DNA from: an uncultured Gammaproteobacteria bacterium
GTDB taxonomy: Bacteria; Patescibacteriota; Patescibacteriia; Magasanikbacterales; GWA2-37-8
Assembly (NCBI GenBank): GCA_964510495.1
Contig: CAZECR010000002.1
Coordinates: forward strand, 13,767 to 76,714
Direction of reading: 5' to 3'
Length of the DNA stretch: 62,948 nucleotides
In this document: piece after piece, positions 10,277 to 18,911 of the stretch
How the letters are laid out: every line of letters starts with the position of its first letter
How positions within the stretch are numbered: position 1 is the first letter of the stretch
The notes under the pieces: generated by a model
What the model saw: the letters and a program-made list of their open reading frames with translations, nothing else
Database searches by the model: none
What the model was told of the DNA's origin: nothing
Program-made: the position numbers and the translations under genes

Positions 10277-10630
10277 TTAAATATTTAACCCGACAATCAG
10301 GACTATGGCATACGCCAAAAAACAAATAATGGGGACGGTTAAAACCGAAGTGATACGAGCCAAAACAGCATTATTTCGATGTAAAAAAAACGAGAAAACA
10401 TAGTTAGTTACAACGAGCAGTGTTGCCCCGCCACCCAGATAGTACATTTTTTGCCAACTTCCGGCTAGATCAATGCCAAAAATAATATTATAATGTAAAA
10501 AAATCTGATCATCCGTGGGATGAATATGCCTAATAATATACCACCAGACACCCCCTAAAATAAGCATCGTTAAGGCTAATGGTAGCCAAATGAAAATATC
10601 TCGAAAATAGATTTTTAAGGCGTAAAACAT
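10277..10630 (-). CDS. small integral membrane protein, unknown function
   Basis: 117 aa with 3-4 hydrophobic segments. ATG start. It is the first gene of the FtsW-rhamnose operon. No family recognised. Confidence 0.5.
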   Translation of the reverse strand: MFYALKIYFRDIFIWLPLALTMLILGGVWWYIIRHIHPTDDQIFLHYNIIFGIDLAGSWQKMYYLGGGATLLVVTNYVFSFFLHRNNAVLARITSVLTVPIICFLAYAIVLIVGLNI

Positions 10631-10691
10631 GCGGAAAATAGCTTAAAAACTGGTTTAGTTTGGTATTCAGCTTAGGTCTTTGGTAGCCCTT

Positions 10692-10720
10692 AGCATACCA
10701 AATTAACCACATCTTGACAA
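10692..10720 (-). promoter_or_regulatory. candidate sigma70-type promoter for the 10630-to-1 operon
   Basis: The minus strand reads TTGTCA-17 nt-TATGCT. Its -35 box is the reverse complement of the rpmA -35 box (TTGACAA/TTGTCAA). Confidence 0.35.
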
Positions 10721-10743
10721 TAATCACCTCTATCAGGTATACT
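10714..10743 (+). promoter_or_regulatory. candidate sigma70-type promoter of rpmA
   Basis: TTGACA (10714-10719), 18-nt spacer, TATACT (10738-10743). Lies about 43 nt upstream of the rpmA ATG. Confidence 0.5.
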
Positions 10744-10785
10744 CTCTTTACTTATTACACATCTTTCAGTTAGTTACTTAAATCT

Positions 10786-11058
10786 ATGTCCCATAAGAAA
10801 GCCGGTGGTTCTACAGACCTGGGCCGCGATTCGCGAGCCCAGCGACTCGGTATTAAGCTCCACCAAGGTCAAGCTGCTAAAACTGGCATGATCATCGTTC
10901 GCCAGCGAGGCACCCGCATCCACCCTGGAAAAAATGTTAAAAAAGGCAGTGACGACACCTTGTTCGCAGCTGCTCCAGGAAAAGTCGCCTTTACTTCTCG
11001 AAAACGCCGTCGCTTTGATGGTAGTCTCAAATTAAGCAAATTTGTCAGCGTTGTCTAA
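10786..11058 (+). CDS. rpmA: 50S ribosomal protein L27
   Basis: [24 protein letters not shown]...[13 protein letters not shown] is the canonical L27 sequence. 90 aa. Confidence 0.95.
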   Translation: MSHKKAGGSTDLGRDSRAQRLGIKLHQGQAAKTGMIIVRQRGTRIHPGKNVKKGSDDTLFAAAPGKVAFTSRKRRRFDGSLKLSKFVSVV

Positions 11059-11065
11059 AAACAAT

Positions 11066-11097
11066 AAAAAAAGCGACCTTAATGGTCGCTTTTTTTA
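11066..11097. terminator. bidirectional intrinsic terminator
   Basis: AAAAAAAGCGACC-TTAAT-GGTCGCTTTTTTT: a perfect GC-rich stem flanked by an A-run and a T-run. It sits between convergent rpmA and the 11133-12047 gene. Confidence 0.8.
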
Positions 11098-11132
11098 TTG
11101 TTCATTTTAAATTCCGAATTGAAGACTCTTGA

Positions 11133-12047
11133 TTATACCAGGCCAGCATCTTTTTTTAACCGAGCAACACCTTCGACAAGTTTAATAGTCGGCTTCCATC
11201 CAAGCAGGCGCTCGGCCTTGCTGTTATCAGCATGGGTATACGGCATTTCACCAGCGAGTGCCGGTACAAAGACCGTTTCTCCGCCAATAAGTTTAGCCAG
11301 CTCATTAACTGAATGCGGGTCACCATTACCAACATTGATCACTTCCCCTTTGCCGACGGTATCTTTCGTCATAGCGGCAATATTGGCTTTTACAACATCG
11401 CTTACATGAGTGTAGTCACGGTACATTTCCCCGTCGCCCCTAACAGTGAGCGGCTTGCCTTCCTGACGTAGTTTTATAAAGCGACCAATAACAAGCGCGT
11501 ACGCCCCTTCAGGATCAAAATACGGTCCATACACATTAAAATAACACAGGGCAACTGTTTCGAGGCCGTAGAGTTCAGAAAAGATACGGCAATATTCTTC
11601 ACCAATAAGTTTATGAAGCGCATACGGGCTCAGCGGTTTTTTAAGTACCCCGTCTTCTTTAAATGCTCCTGGAGGCTGGATACCATACGCCGCAGACGAA
11701 GTAGCAAACACGACACGCTTTACTCCAGTGTCTCGTGCGGCGATAAGCACGTTCAAAGTACCATTAACATTAACATCATGTGTTTCGATCGGATTTTCTA
11801 CTGAAAAAATAACTCGAGGCAACGCTGCCAAGTGAAAAATACCCTCTACTCCAGCACAAGCTACTTTGAGCGCAGCAAGGTCGCGAATATCGCCGGTAAT
11901 ATATTCGGCTCCCGGTAAAATCCGGTCAGCTTTTTTCCCACCAGCATAATTATCAAAAACTTTTACGGTGTTGCCCGCTTCGAGGAGCGCCTTCACCAAA
12001 TTTGTCCCAATAAATCCAGCGCCGCCAGTAACAAGATAGGTAGCCAT
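11133..12047 (-). CDS. NAD-dependent nucleotide-sugar epimerase/dehydratase (UDP-hexose 4-epimerase family)
   Basis: MATYLVTGGAGFIGTNLV, ATSSAAYG, SPYALHKLIGEEY (YxxxK). 304 aa. Confidence 0.8.
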   Translation of the reverse strand: MATYLVTGGAGFIGTNLVKALLEAGNTVKVFDNYAGGKKADRILPGAEYITGDIRDLAALKVACAGVEGIFHLAALPRVIFSVENPIETHDVNVNGTLNVLIAARDTGVKRVVFATSSAAYGIQPPGAFKEDGVLKKPLSPYALHKLIGEEYCRIFSELYGLETVALCYFNVYGPYFDPEGAYALVIGRFIKLRQEGKPLTVRGDGEMYRDYTHVSDVVKANIAAMTKDTVGKGEVINVGNGDPHSVNELAKLIGGETVFVPALAGEMPYTHADNSKAERLLGWKPTIKLVEGVARLKKDAGLV

Positions 12048-12056
12048 AGTAGTTAA

Positions 12057-13463
12057 TTATTTCTTACCTTTAATAAAAGGTGAGCCAACGGTAATGAGAT
12101 CAAATCCTTGCTCCTGTAAAGCTTCCATTTGACTCACAAGCATGCGTCGCCCATCCATGATCAGATACGGCGCTACCACTGTTTCTCGAAGAATAGTGGC
12201 GAGGCCTTTAAACTGAATCCAATCTGTACAGATAATTGCCGCATTTGTGCCATCGACAGCTTCTTGCTCGGAAGAAGCATAGGTAAGTCTCGAATAAAGC
12301 TCGTTGCGATCAGTTCGGAAATATTTTTTACATTCTTCCATGGCTGCCGGATCATAGATTTTAATTTCGGCTACGCCCGCTCCGAGGAGCTGTTGAATGA
12401 TACCAATCGCTCCGGAATTCCGGATATCATTCGTATCATATTTAAAAGCCACACCGAGAAGAGCGACTTTTTTACCAGACCATTCAAAATGAGCTTCGGT
12501 TTCAGCTCGACCAAAAAAATGATCACGCTGAAAAACATTAGCTTCCAAGGTTGAACGAACAAGATTAGCGTGTGTTCCAGCTTGTTCGAGCTGGTGGGCC
12601 AAGGAACCAGCATCTTTAATAAAACAACTACCCCCGCAATAAAGACTATCGTAAAGACCCCATTTTCCAATACGTGGGTCTGCTACAATAATTTTGCGCA
12701 CCTGTTCGTAAGCAACATTCGGGAAATATTCGCACGTGCGCCCAATCACATCGTAGGTCGTAACAACTTTATTAAACAAAACATAGTTAGCTAGAAGTTT
12801 TGAACAGGCTGCTTCGTACGGATTTACTTCAAAATAACTTATACCGGTTGCATCATAAAATCGGCGGTATACTTGACGCATTACTTCAAAATCTTCTTCA
12901 CTATGAGCACCAACAACCACACGATCTGGGTGGATAGAATCCTGAATTGCTCTACCCTCTACTAAAAATTCAGGGTTAGCTACAATACCAAAATTTTTGA
13001 CCCCTTGATGCGTAAACAAATCGTTTGTGTAATCGATCATTCTGATAGGTACCGTGCTCTTATTGATTACCACCAAATGTCGTGTCTGCGCTCCGCCGTC
13101 ACGAGCGGCCAGAAGCGGCCCAATCATTGAAACTGCGTTCTCATAATACGACAAATCGGATTCACCTGCCGCCCCTTCCTTTTCAGGAGTTGGAAGGCAC
13201 ATAAAAACTGCGTCCACAGTTTCGATAAAAGTTGCTAAATCGGCACTGCTTGTAGTAAAGCTAATACGCTCCCGATTCCGGATAAGCAGTTCGGCCAATC
13301 CTTGTTCGTGCAGCGCTGACTGGATAATATTAGGATCATTACTCGATAATTTGGCAATTTTTTGCTCATCGATATCGTAGACTAAAACAGTGTGGCCAGA
13401 ATCAGCTGAAACAGCTGCTGAGCAAGCTCCTACAAAACCACCACCGACATAGAGAATTTTCAT
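12057..13463 (-). CDS. nucleotide-sugar 6-dehydrogenase (UDP-glucose/GDP-mannose dehydrogenase family)
   Basis: MKILYVGGGFVGACSA NAD-binding N-terminus. Catalytic-Cys block CGGSCFIKDAGSL. 468 aa. Confidence 0.85.
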   Translation of the reverse strand: MKILYVGGGFVGACSAAVSADSGHTVLVYDIDEQKIAKLSSNDPNIIQSALHEQGLAELLIRNRERISFTTSSADLATFIETVDAVFMCLPTPEKEGAAGESDLSYYENAVSMIGPLLAARDGGAQTRHLVVINKSTVPIRMIDYTNDLFTHQGVKNFGIVANPEFLVEGRAIQDSIHPDRVVVGAHSEEDFEVMRQVYRRFYDATGISYFEVNPYEAACSKLLANYVLFNKVVTTYDVIGRTCEYFPNVAYEQVRKIIVADPRIGKWGLYDSLYCGGSCFIKDAGSLAHQLEQAGTHANLVRSTLEANVFQRDHFFGRAETEAHFEWSGKKVALLGVAFKYDTNDIRNSGAIGIIQQLLGAGVAEIKIYDPAAMEECKKYFRTDRNELYSRLTYASSEQEAVDGTNAAIICTDWIQFKGLATILRETVVAPYLIMDGRRMLVSQMEALQEQGFDLITVGSPFIKGKK

Positions 13464-13508
13464 ATATAACCTGTAAGTTACCGTACTAATCTGTTGTGAA
13501 TAAAGCCC

Positions 13509-13537
13509 ATACTATCATGGAGTTACGAGCGAGTAAA
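13509..13537 (-). promoter_or_regulatory. candidate internal promoter upstream of the dehydrogenase gene
   Basis: The minus strand reads TTTACT-17 nt-TAGTAT inside the 104-nt gap, which is one of only three gaps over 40 nt in the 30-gene train. Confidence 0.3.
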
Positions 13538-13567
13538 CTACAAAAGTGAATAAAACGTACGAATATT

Positions 13568-14308
13568 TTATTGTAATATTTTGCGAATTATTAAATCTTC
13601 GCGTGAGTTTGCAAAGGGCAAGGCCTTGTTTTGTTCAAGAAAAGTATATCGTATATTCTGAAATTGTTTAAGTATTTCGACTAGTTCATCTCGAGTATAA
13701 TTTCTTGTTTTATTACCACTGGAATCAATCTTTTTAAACCTCAAGAAAAGCTCGGTAACGAGACGTTTCAGATAGTATTTTTGATTTAAAATAAAATTTT
13801 TGAGTGGAAATTTTTTACGTTCTTCCAGACTTTGAGAATATTTTTCAGAAAGTGGAATGTCACCAATACAAATAACGCCACCATCCTTAACACTACGAAG
13901 AAGTTTACCAACAAACTCTTTAAATTGCTCCGGACTTTCCAGATACATTGCCATCTGATAGCAGACAATTTTGTCAAAACGCTCGGTAAACGGAAATTCA
14001 TCAATGGTGAAATTAAAAACACTGTAGGTAATATTGGTATAATGCTTTAATTTTCTTTGTGCTGCAGCAATCGCTTTGTCCGCACCGTCAGCAAGTGTAA
14101 GCGCTTTAACCCGAGGAGCAATATGTTGGGCAATCTCTCCGGTCCCACCGCCGAGATCTAGAACGGTATCCTCAGCACTAAAATGAAGCTTGCCGTCCAG
14201 ATCCTTGAAAATATCAAACGTATAATTTTTTAACGAAAAATAACGACCCGAAGCCATTCGGGATGATGTTTTTTCTCCAAGTTTATTATAATAATCAAGT
14301 GTCGCCAT
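13568..14308 (-). CDS. class I SAM-dependent methyltransferase
   Basis: Motif I VLDLGGGTGEIAQHIA. 246 aa. Confidence 0.8.
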   Translation of the reverse strand: MATLDYYNKLGEKTSSRMASGRYFSLKNYTFDIFKDLDGKLHFSAEDTVLDLGGGTGEIAQHIAPRVKALTLADGADKAIAAAQRKLKHYTNITYSVFNFTIDEFPFTERFDKIVCYQMAMYLESPEQFKEFVGKLLRSVKDGGVICIGDIPLSEKYSQSLEERKKFPLKNFILNQKYYLKRLVTELFLRFKKIDSSGNKTRNYTRDELVEILKQFQNIRYTFLEQNKALPFANSREDLIIRKILQ

Positions 14309-14317
14309 AAACCTATA

Positions 14318-16138
14318 CTATACAGATATTGTATTTACTTTGTAAAAATAGGATTCTTTATCAGCTAACAGCGCTTTCGGCTCACCTGATTCCACAATCA
14401 TACCTTCCTGCAAGACCAAAATTCGATCCGCACCCATGACTGTCGACAAACGATGGGCGATCATAAAAACAGTAATCGTACCTTTAAGATTTTTAATAAC
14501 TTCCTGAATTTGATACTCGGATTCATTATCAAGAGCGCTTGTAGCTTCATCAAGGATTAAAAATTCCGCTTTTTTCGCTAAGACCCGCGCAATAATAACA
14601 CGCTGGCGCTGACCAGATGACAAAAGAACTCCCCGCTCTCCGATAACTGTTTTAAAACCTTGGGGGGTTTTTATTATAAAGTCATAAATATTAGCCTTCT
14701 TGGCCGCATCAATTATTTCTGATTCGGTAATTGATTCGTTATAAAACCTGATATTATTCTCGATGGTATCGTTTATAAGATAAATATCTTGCGAAACATA
14801 CCCAATCTTACTTCGCCATTCACTCAGATTAATTTCCGCACTATCAATGCCATCAAGTAAAATCTGACCGCTTGTTGGTTTAAAAAGACGAAGAATGAGG
14901 TCGACAGTCGTAGTTTTGCCACCCCCCGACGGACCAACCAAGCCGATTGTCTCACCTTTACCAATAGTAATATCTAACTGTTTTAAAATAGCTGATCGCT
15001 TTTTCACACTACTTTGGCTACCGTATTCAAAAGATACTTTTCTAAACTCAAGCGTTTTATTAAAATGGAATGGTTTGCCAGAGCGCCCTGATTCCGCGTG
15101 CTGGGCAGCTTCTGCTTGGTACTCCAACACGCTTTCGAGGAACGGTACACGCTCTATTACTGACTGAATGGTGGATTGGAGTTGTCCAACATACGTAAAT
15201 ATTCTTTGAATAAGGTAAATAGTCGCCGCTAAAGTTGCAAAATTAAAATTGGGCAACTTGTACGAAACAGCAAAAATAATACAAACGAAAATGAGTCCGA
15301 CCGGCTCAATCAAACTAGTAATACTGCTACGAAGCAAGACCATCTTGAGCCTTTGACGGCTTAATTCCTCAAAGCTAACTTTAGCTTTTTGCATGAGCGC
15401 TTCCCCCACCCCCATCACCTTAACCGTTTTCATTCCAAGCGTGTTTTCATTCACAAAGTTTGAAACTGCTCGATTGGATTTTTCCGCCTCTCGTGAAATT
15501 GCGCGAGTCCAACGATAGATGGGTTTGGTAATAACAAACGTCAAAAGGCCAAGCCCAATAGCAATGATGGTAATCCAAAAAGAAATATTTATGGCTACCA
15601 ACAAATAAATCAGCAGGCTCGTGATAATTGAGGCGATCATACTGATATTTTCAAGCAGCAGTGAATTCATCCGGACATTCGATACAAGAATTGTTTCAAG
15701 ATATCCCAAGCGCTGGCCGAGAAGGTACCCCCAATTGGCTTTAAATGTTGTTGAAAGGAGACTTGTCCGTGTAAGCTCTTCATAATCAGAACTAACCTTG
15801 GCACGCAGATAGTTACTAAGGATAAGCACTACAGCCCGTAAAAGAAACAAACAAAAAATAAAAATGAGTAGATACTTGAGGCTGAACGTGAGATTAAAAA
15901 AACCAAAAAAACGCTGGATCAAAACAGTGATACGATCGTCTGGTGAGCCCGGCGTCTTAATAACGAGTGAGAACAAGGGAATGAGGGCATTGATCCCGAT
16001 ACCTTCGAGTATGCCGCCGCCAAAACCAAGAATCATTAAAATGATGATGGCTTTTTTATAATTACCAAAACCTTTATATAAAAGTTTAAACAAAATATTC
16101 AGTGAACCAAATAACTTCATAAACTGTTTACTTACCAT
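14318..16138 (-). CDS. ABC exporter, fused permease/ATPase (MsbA/PglK-like)
   Basis: 606 aa. N-terminal 6-helix exporter domain. Walker A GPSGGGKTT, signature LSSGQRQR, Walker B FLILDEATSALD. Confidence 0.9.
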   Translation of the reverse strand: MVSKQFMKLFGSLNILFKLLYKGFGNYKKAIIILMILGFGGGILEGIGINALIPLFSLVIKTPGSPDDRITVLIQRFFGFFNLTFSLKYLLIFIFCLFLLRAVVLILSNYLRAKVSSDYEELTRTSLLSTTFKANWGYLLGQRLGYLETILVSNVRMNSLLLENISMIASIITSLLIYLLVAINISFWITIIAIGLGLLTFVITKPIYRWTRAISREAEKSNRAVSNFVNENTLGMKTVKVMGVGEALMQKAKVSFEELSRQRLKMVLLRSSITSLIEPVGLIFVCIIFAVSYKLPNFNFATLAATIYLIQRIFTYVGQLQSTIQSVIERVPFLESVLEYQAEAAQHAESGRSGKPFHFNKTLEFRKVSFEYGSQSSVKKRSAILKQLDITIGKGETIGLVGPSGGGKTTTVDLILRLFKPTSGQILLDGIDSAEINLSEWRSKIGYVSQDIYLINDTIENNIRFYNESITESEIIDAAKKANIYDFIIKTPQGFKTVIGERGVLLSSGQRQRVIIARVLAKKAEFLILDEATSALDNESEYQIQEVIKNLKGTITVFMIAHRLSTVMGADRILVLQEGMIVESGEPKALLADKESYFYKVNTISV

Positions 16139-16183
16139 GTATTAATCGTTTTCACGACTTTGTTTTTTAAGTAAAAACAGGAT

Positions 16184-16378
16184 TTAGCGCTCTTTTTCAA
16201 TCTCGGGCGAAAGCAAGCGAAGTATTTCTTTACCCAGAATACGGTACTGACGCCCAACCTTATTTGCCCGAAGTGAGCCTTTCTTGAGAAGACGTTTCAT
16301 GGTGCTACTACTGATTTTAAGTATTTTTTGAGCCTCGCTCATTGTATAGACTGAATGAGGCAAAATTTCTTTTTCCAT
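16184..16378 (-). CDS. small helix-turn-helix DNA-binding protein (excisionase/MerR-type HTH)
   Basis: 64 aa. MSEAQKILKISSSTMKRLLKKGSLRANKVGRQYRI fits the excisionase-family HTH pattern. Confidence 0.65.
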   Translation of the reverse strand: MEKEILPHSVYTMSEAQKILKISSSTMKRLLKKGSLRANKVGRQYRILGKEILRLLSPEIEKER

Positions 16379-16406
16379 ACTCTACATATATATCTATTTG
16401 TAGAGT
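16379..16406. promoter_or_regulatory. perfect 8-bp inverted repeat abutting the HTH gene start codon (candidate operator or 5'-UTR hairpin)
   Basis: ACTCTACA (16379-16386), 12-nt AT loop, TGTAGAGT (16399-16406). Sits immediately 5' of the ATG at 16378. Confidence 0.4.
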
Positions 16407-16514
16407 ACACTACGGTTCACAAGGTGTCAATATTTTTTAACATTGTCATTATCAGATGTGTTATTACCAGTACACTAAAGAGTATTGAGGCTAAAAAGGG
16501 TGTGGGGCAACTTG

Positions 16515-17309
16515 CTATAATTTTTGCAGAGCTTCGACTATAGGAGTGTGCTTCGTTCCATTACTCATCACAAAACCGTACAGGTTGTGCGGATCAGGTT
16601 TATTAAAAACTAACGAATAACCCCGCGTGTCAGTCACGATGCCCCCGGCTTCGGCAACGATAATTGCCCCGGCAGCGATATCCCACTCACCTGTCTTTGG
16701 ACTCGGCGAAACGTATATATGAGCTCGTCCATTAGCTACTTCTATACTTTTGATGCCCGCGCTCCCCTTTTCGACTATCGTTAATCCGAGCGCCTTTGCC
16801 AAAGATACTTGCTCCTGTCCATTATGAAAACGACTCATGAGTATTTTCATTTTAGAAAATTCATCTTCTGATGAAACTACAACTCGCTGCACCTCTCCGC
16901 TTTGTTCGACAAATGCTCCTTCACCCCTCAATGCATAGGTGAAACTTTTTTGAAGTGGATTATAGATAACGCCAAGAACAATTTCCTGGGCCTTCGCCAA
17001 AGCAATCATTACACAAAAATCACCTGTCTTTTCTACAAAATCTTTGGTCCCATCCAATGGATCAACAATCCAAACATACTCAGTATCGAGGCGGCTCCGA
17101 TCATCAACAGATTCTTCACTTAGAAACGCAAAAGAAGCGTTCGTTCTAAGAATGCCTTGTATAATTCTGTTTGCCTGCGTATCCACAGCGGTAGTAGGAA
17201 AAAGTTCCTGAGCAGAACCAGCTCGAACAGTTTTTTTATAATTCCGAACGATTTCTTCTCCAGCTAACTGTGCAGCCTGTTTAGCCTCTTCAAGACATTC
17301 ACGAAGCAT
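16515..17309 (-). CDS. inositol-monophosphatase-superfamily phosphatase (IMPase/SuhB/CysQ-like; possible 3'(2'),5'-bisphosphate nucleotidase)
   Basis: Motifs FLSEES, WIVDPLDGTKDF, GSAGIK, WDIAAG. 264 aa. Confidence 0.8.
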   Translation of the reverse strand: MLRECLEEAKQAAQLAGEEIVRNYKKTVRAGSAQELFPTTAVDTQANRIIQGILRTNASFAFLSEESVDDRSRLDTEYVWIVDPLDGTKDFVEKTGDFCVMIALAKAQEIVLGVIYNPLQKSFTYALRGEGAFVEQSGEVQRVVVSSEDEFSKMKILMSRFHNGQEQVSLAKALGLTIVEKGSAGIKSIEVANGRAHIYVSPSPKTGEWDIAAGAIIVAEAGGIVTDTRGYSLVFNKPDPHNLYGFVMSNGTKHTPIVEALQKL

Positions 17310-17312
17310 ACA

Positions 17313-18314
17313 CTATACTTGTACTTCCTTGCCGCTCTGATCAGCACTTTTCTTGAACGCCTGCAATATTTTAAGGACCGCCAGACCATCTTCACCTATT
17401 CCGTAGGGTTTTAATTTTCCGTCTAAACATCTCACCACCGTATCTACGGAAGCGATGATCAAACTACGAGGTTTGCCTTCGCTTTTAATATTCTTCGATA
17501 ATTCAAAATAGCCTTTGTAGTTAGCGTTCTTTACTTTTGATCGATACTGAACTTCAAACCCTAGATTCGTTACCCCAATCCAGCCTTTGTCGCCAAAGAG
17601 TGAAAAGCCAAAGTGACCATAATTCTTGGAAAGCGACTGTAGCGTAGCGACAGCGCCATTTTTAAAAAACATCATGCCGTCAATATTGGGGTCATTCTCC
17701 TGAGATGACGTAGTCTCATTATACTTGGCAATTACGCGCACCGGTTCGCCTAAAAACATTCGAAGCAAGTCAATCAAGTGTGTAGCCGCGTTAAAAAAAC
17801 CATTATAGTAATTGGCAGTAGCCTGAAACGGCGCACCTAAAAAACCTTTCTTAATTTTTTGACTCCAGTCATTCAGGAGCGGGTCATAACGACGTTGGTG
17901 GTTGATAAATAATACCGAATTACTTTTCTTACATGCAGCAATCATTTTCTCAGCTTCGGGAATCGTATAGGCAATTGGTTTTTCGCAAAGAATCGCCGAC
18001 GTTTTATACCGAGCAGCCATGAGAACCAAATTGTAGTGCAAAGCAGTGGGCGTAGCAATTGAAACTACATCTGGTTTGATCTCTTTAAACATCTGTTCTG
18101 GGTCAGCAAAAAGTTGAACTTTGGGAAAGTTTTTTTTCAAAAACGCATGCCGCTCGATATTATTTTCAACCAAAGCAACGAGAGTCGTACGTTTATGTTT
18201 TTGGTACGCACCAGCATGCGTACCAGGCTGTACTGCCTTATTGTAGTTACCGACTGCCGCACCAATATTACCGCAACCGATGACCGCCGCTCGATACATT
18301 TTTTGTTTTGCCAT
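17313..18314 (-). CDS. Gfo/Idh/MocA-family NAD(P)-dependent oxidoreductase
   Basis: AAVIGCGNIGAAVG Rossmann N-terminus. EKP motif (ILCEKPIAYTIPEAEKM). 333 aa. Confidence 0.8.
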   Translation of the reverse strand: MAKQKMYRAAVIGCGNIGAAVGNYNKAVQPGTHAGAYQKHKRTTLVALVENNIERHAFLKKNFPKVQLFADPEQMFKEIKPDVVSIATPTALHYNLVLMAARYKTSAILCEKPIAYTIPEAEKMIAACKKSNSVLFINHQRRYDPLLNDWSQKIKKGFLGAPFQATANYYNGFFNAATHLIDLLRMFLGEPVRVIAKYNETTSSQENDPNIDGMMFFKNGAVATLQSLSKNYGHFGFSLFGDKGWIGVTNLGFEVQYRSKVKNANYKGYFELSKNIKSEGKPRSLIIASVDTVVRCLDGKLKPYGIGEDGLAVLKILQAFKKSADQSGKEVQV

Positions 18315-18317
18315 ATA

Positions 18318-18902
18318 TTAGTTTATTGAAAATTTTTCCGAGTATTTTTTAAATAAATCAGGATAATAATCCTTACGCAGCAGCGCCATATTTACACAGT
18401 CGTAATAACGACTATTTCTAAATAAATCATCCTTAAGAACGCCTTCATGCGCAAAGCCGGCTTTCTCATATGCCTTTACCGCCTTAATATTTTCTTCCAT
18501 GACTCCTAAATACACTTTATTAAGTTGTAAACGGTCAAATCCATAATAGGTAATCAGTTCAACCGCTTCAGTACCAACACCTTTTCCCCAATATTCTTTT
18601 TCACCAATGATAATCCTCATTTCTGCTTTTCGAACTACCATATCCATATCATAAAGGCCAACCAGACCGAGCGGCTTTTCCGTGGCACTATCCACCACCA
18701 CAAAAACAACATGTTCTTCCGATCTAACTTGCGCTTCGAGAAGCGCTCTCGCCTGAAGTTCAGTCGTTGGGTAACGTCCAGTAACCATAAAATGAGTTAC
18801 TTCCGGATCATTGAACCACTGGTGTACTTTTGCAGCATCTGTCTCCGGAGCATAGGGGCGGAGGTAGACTTGCGTACCTTTGAGAAAAGCTATATTTTGC
18901 AT
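18318..18902 (-). CDS. GNAT-family N-acetyltransferase (RimJ/RimL-like)
   Basis: 194 aa. WGKGVGTEAVELITYYGFDRLQLNKVYLGVMEENIKAVKAYEKAGF is a typical acetyl-CoA-binding core. Confidence 0.8.
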   Translation of the reverse strand: MQNIAFLKGTQVYLRPYAPETDAAKVHQWFNDPEVTHFMVTGRYPTTELQARALLEAQVRSEEHVVFVVVDSATEKPLGLVGLYDMDMVVRKAEMRIIIGEKEYWGKGVGTEAVELITYYGFDRLQLNKVYLGVMEENIKAVKAYEKAGFAHEGVLKDDLFRNSRYYDCVNMALLRKDYYPDLFKKYSEKFSIN

Positions 18903-18911
18903 AGATAAAAA

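Noticed and set aside
12129-12554. 141-aa plus-strand ORF inside the sugar dehydrogenase gene
   Set aside because: It is a shadow ORF of a strongly supported minus-strand gene. The same reasoning applies to 9194-9571, 22883-23293, 27398-27853, 29865-30269, 35039-35386, 53932-54384 and the other short internal ORFs in the track.
16184-16378. Excisionase-type HTH as a marker of an integrated mobile element
   Set aside because: There is no adjacent integrase, att-like direct repeat, tRNA or change in gene-content character. It is more plausibly a local regulator.
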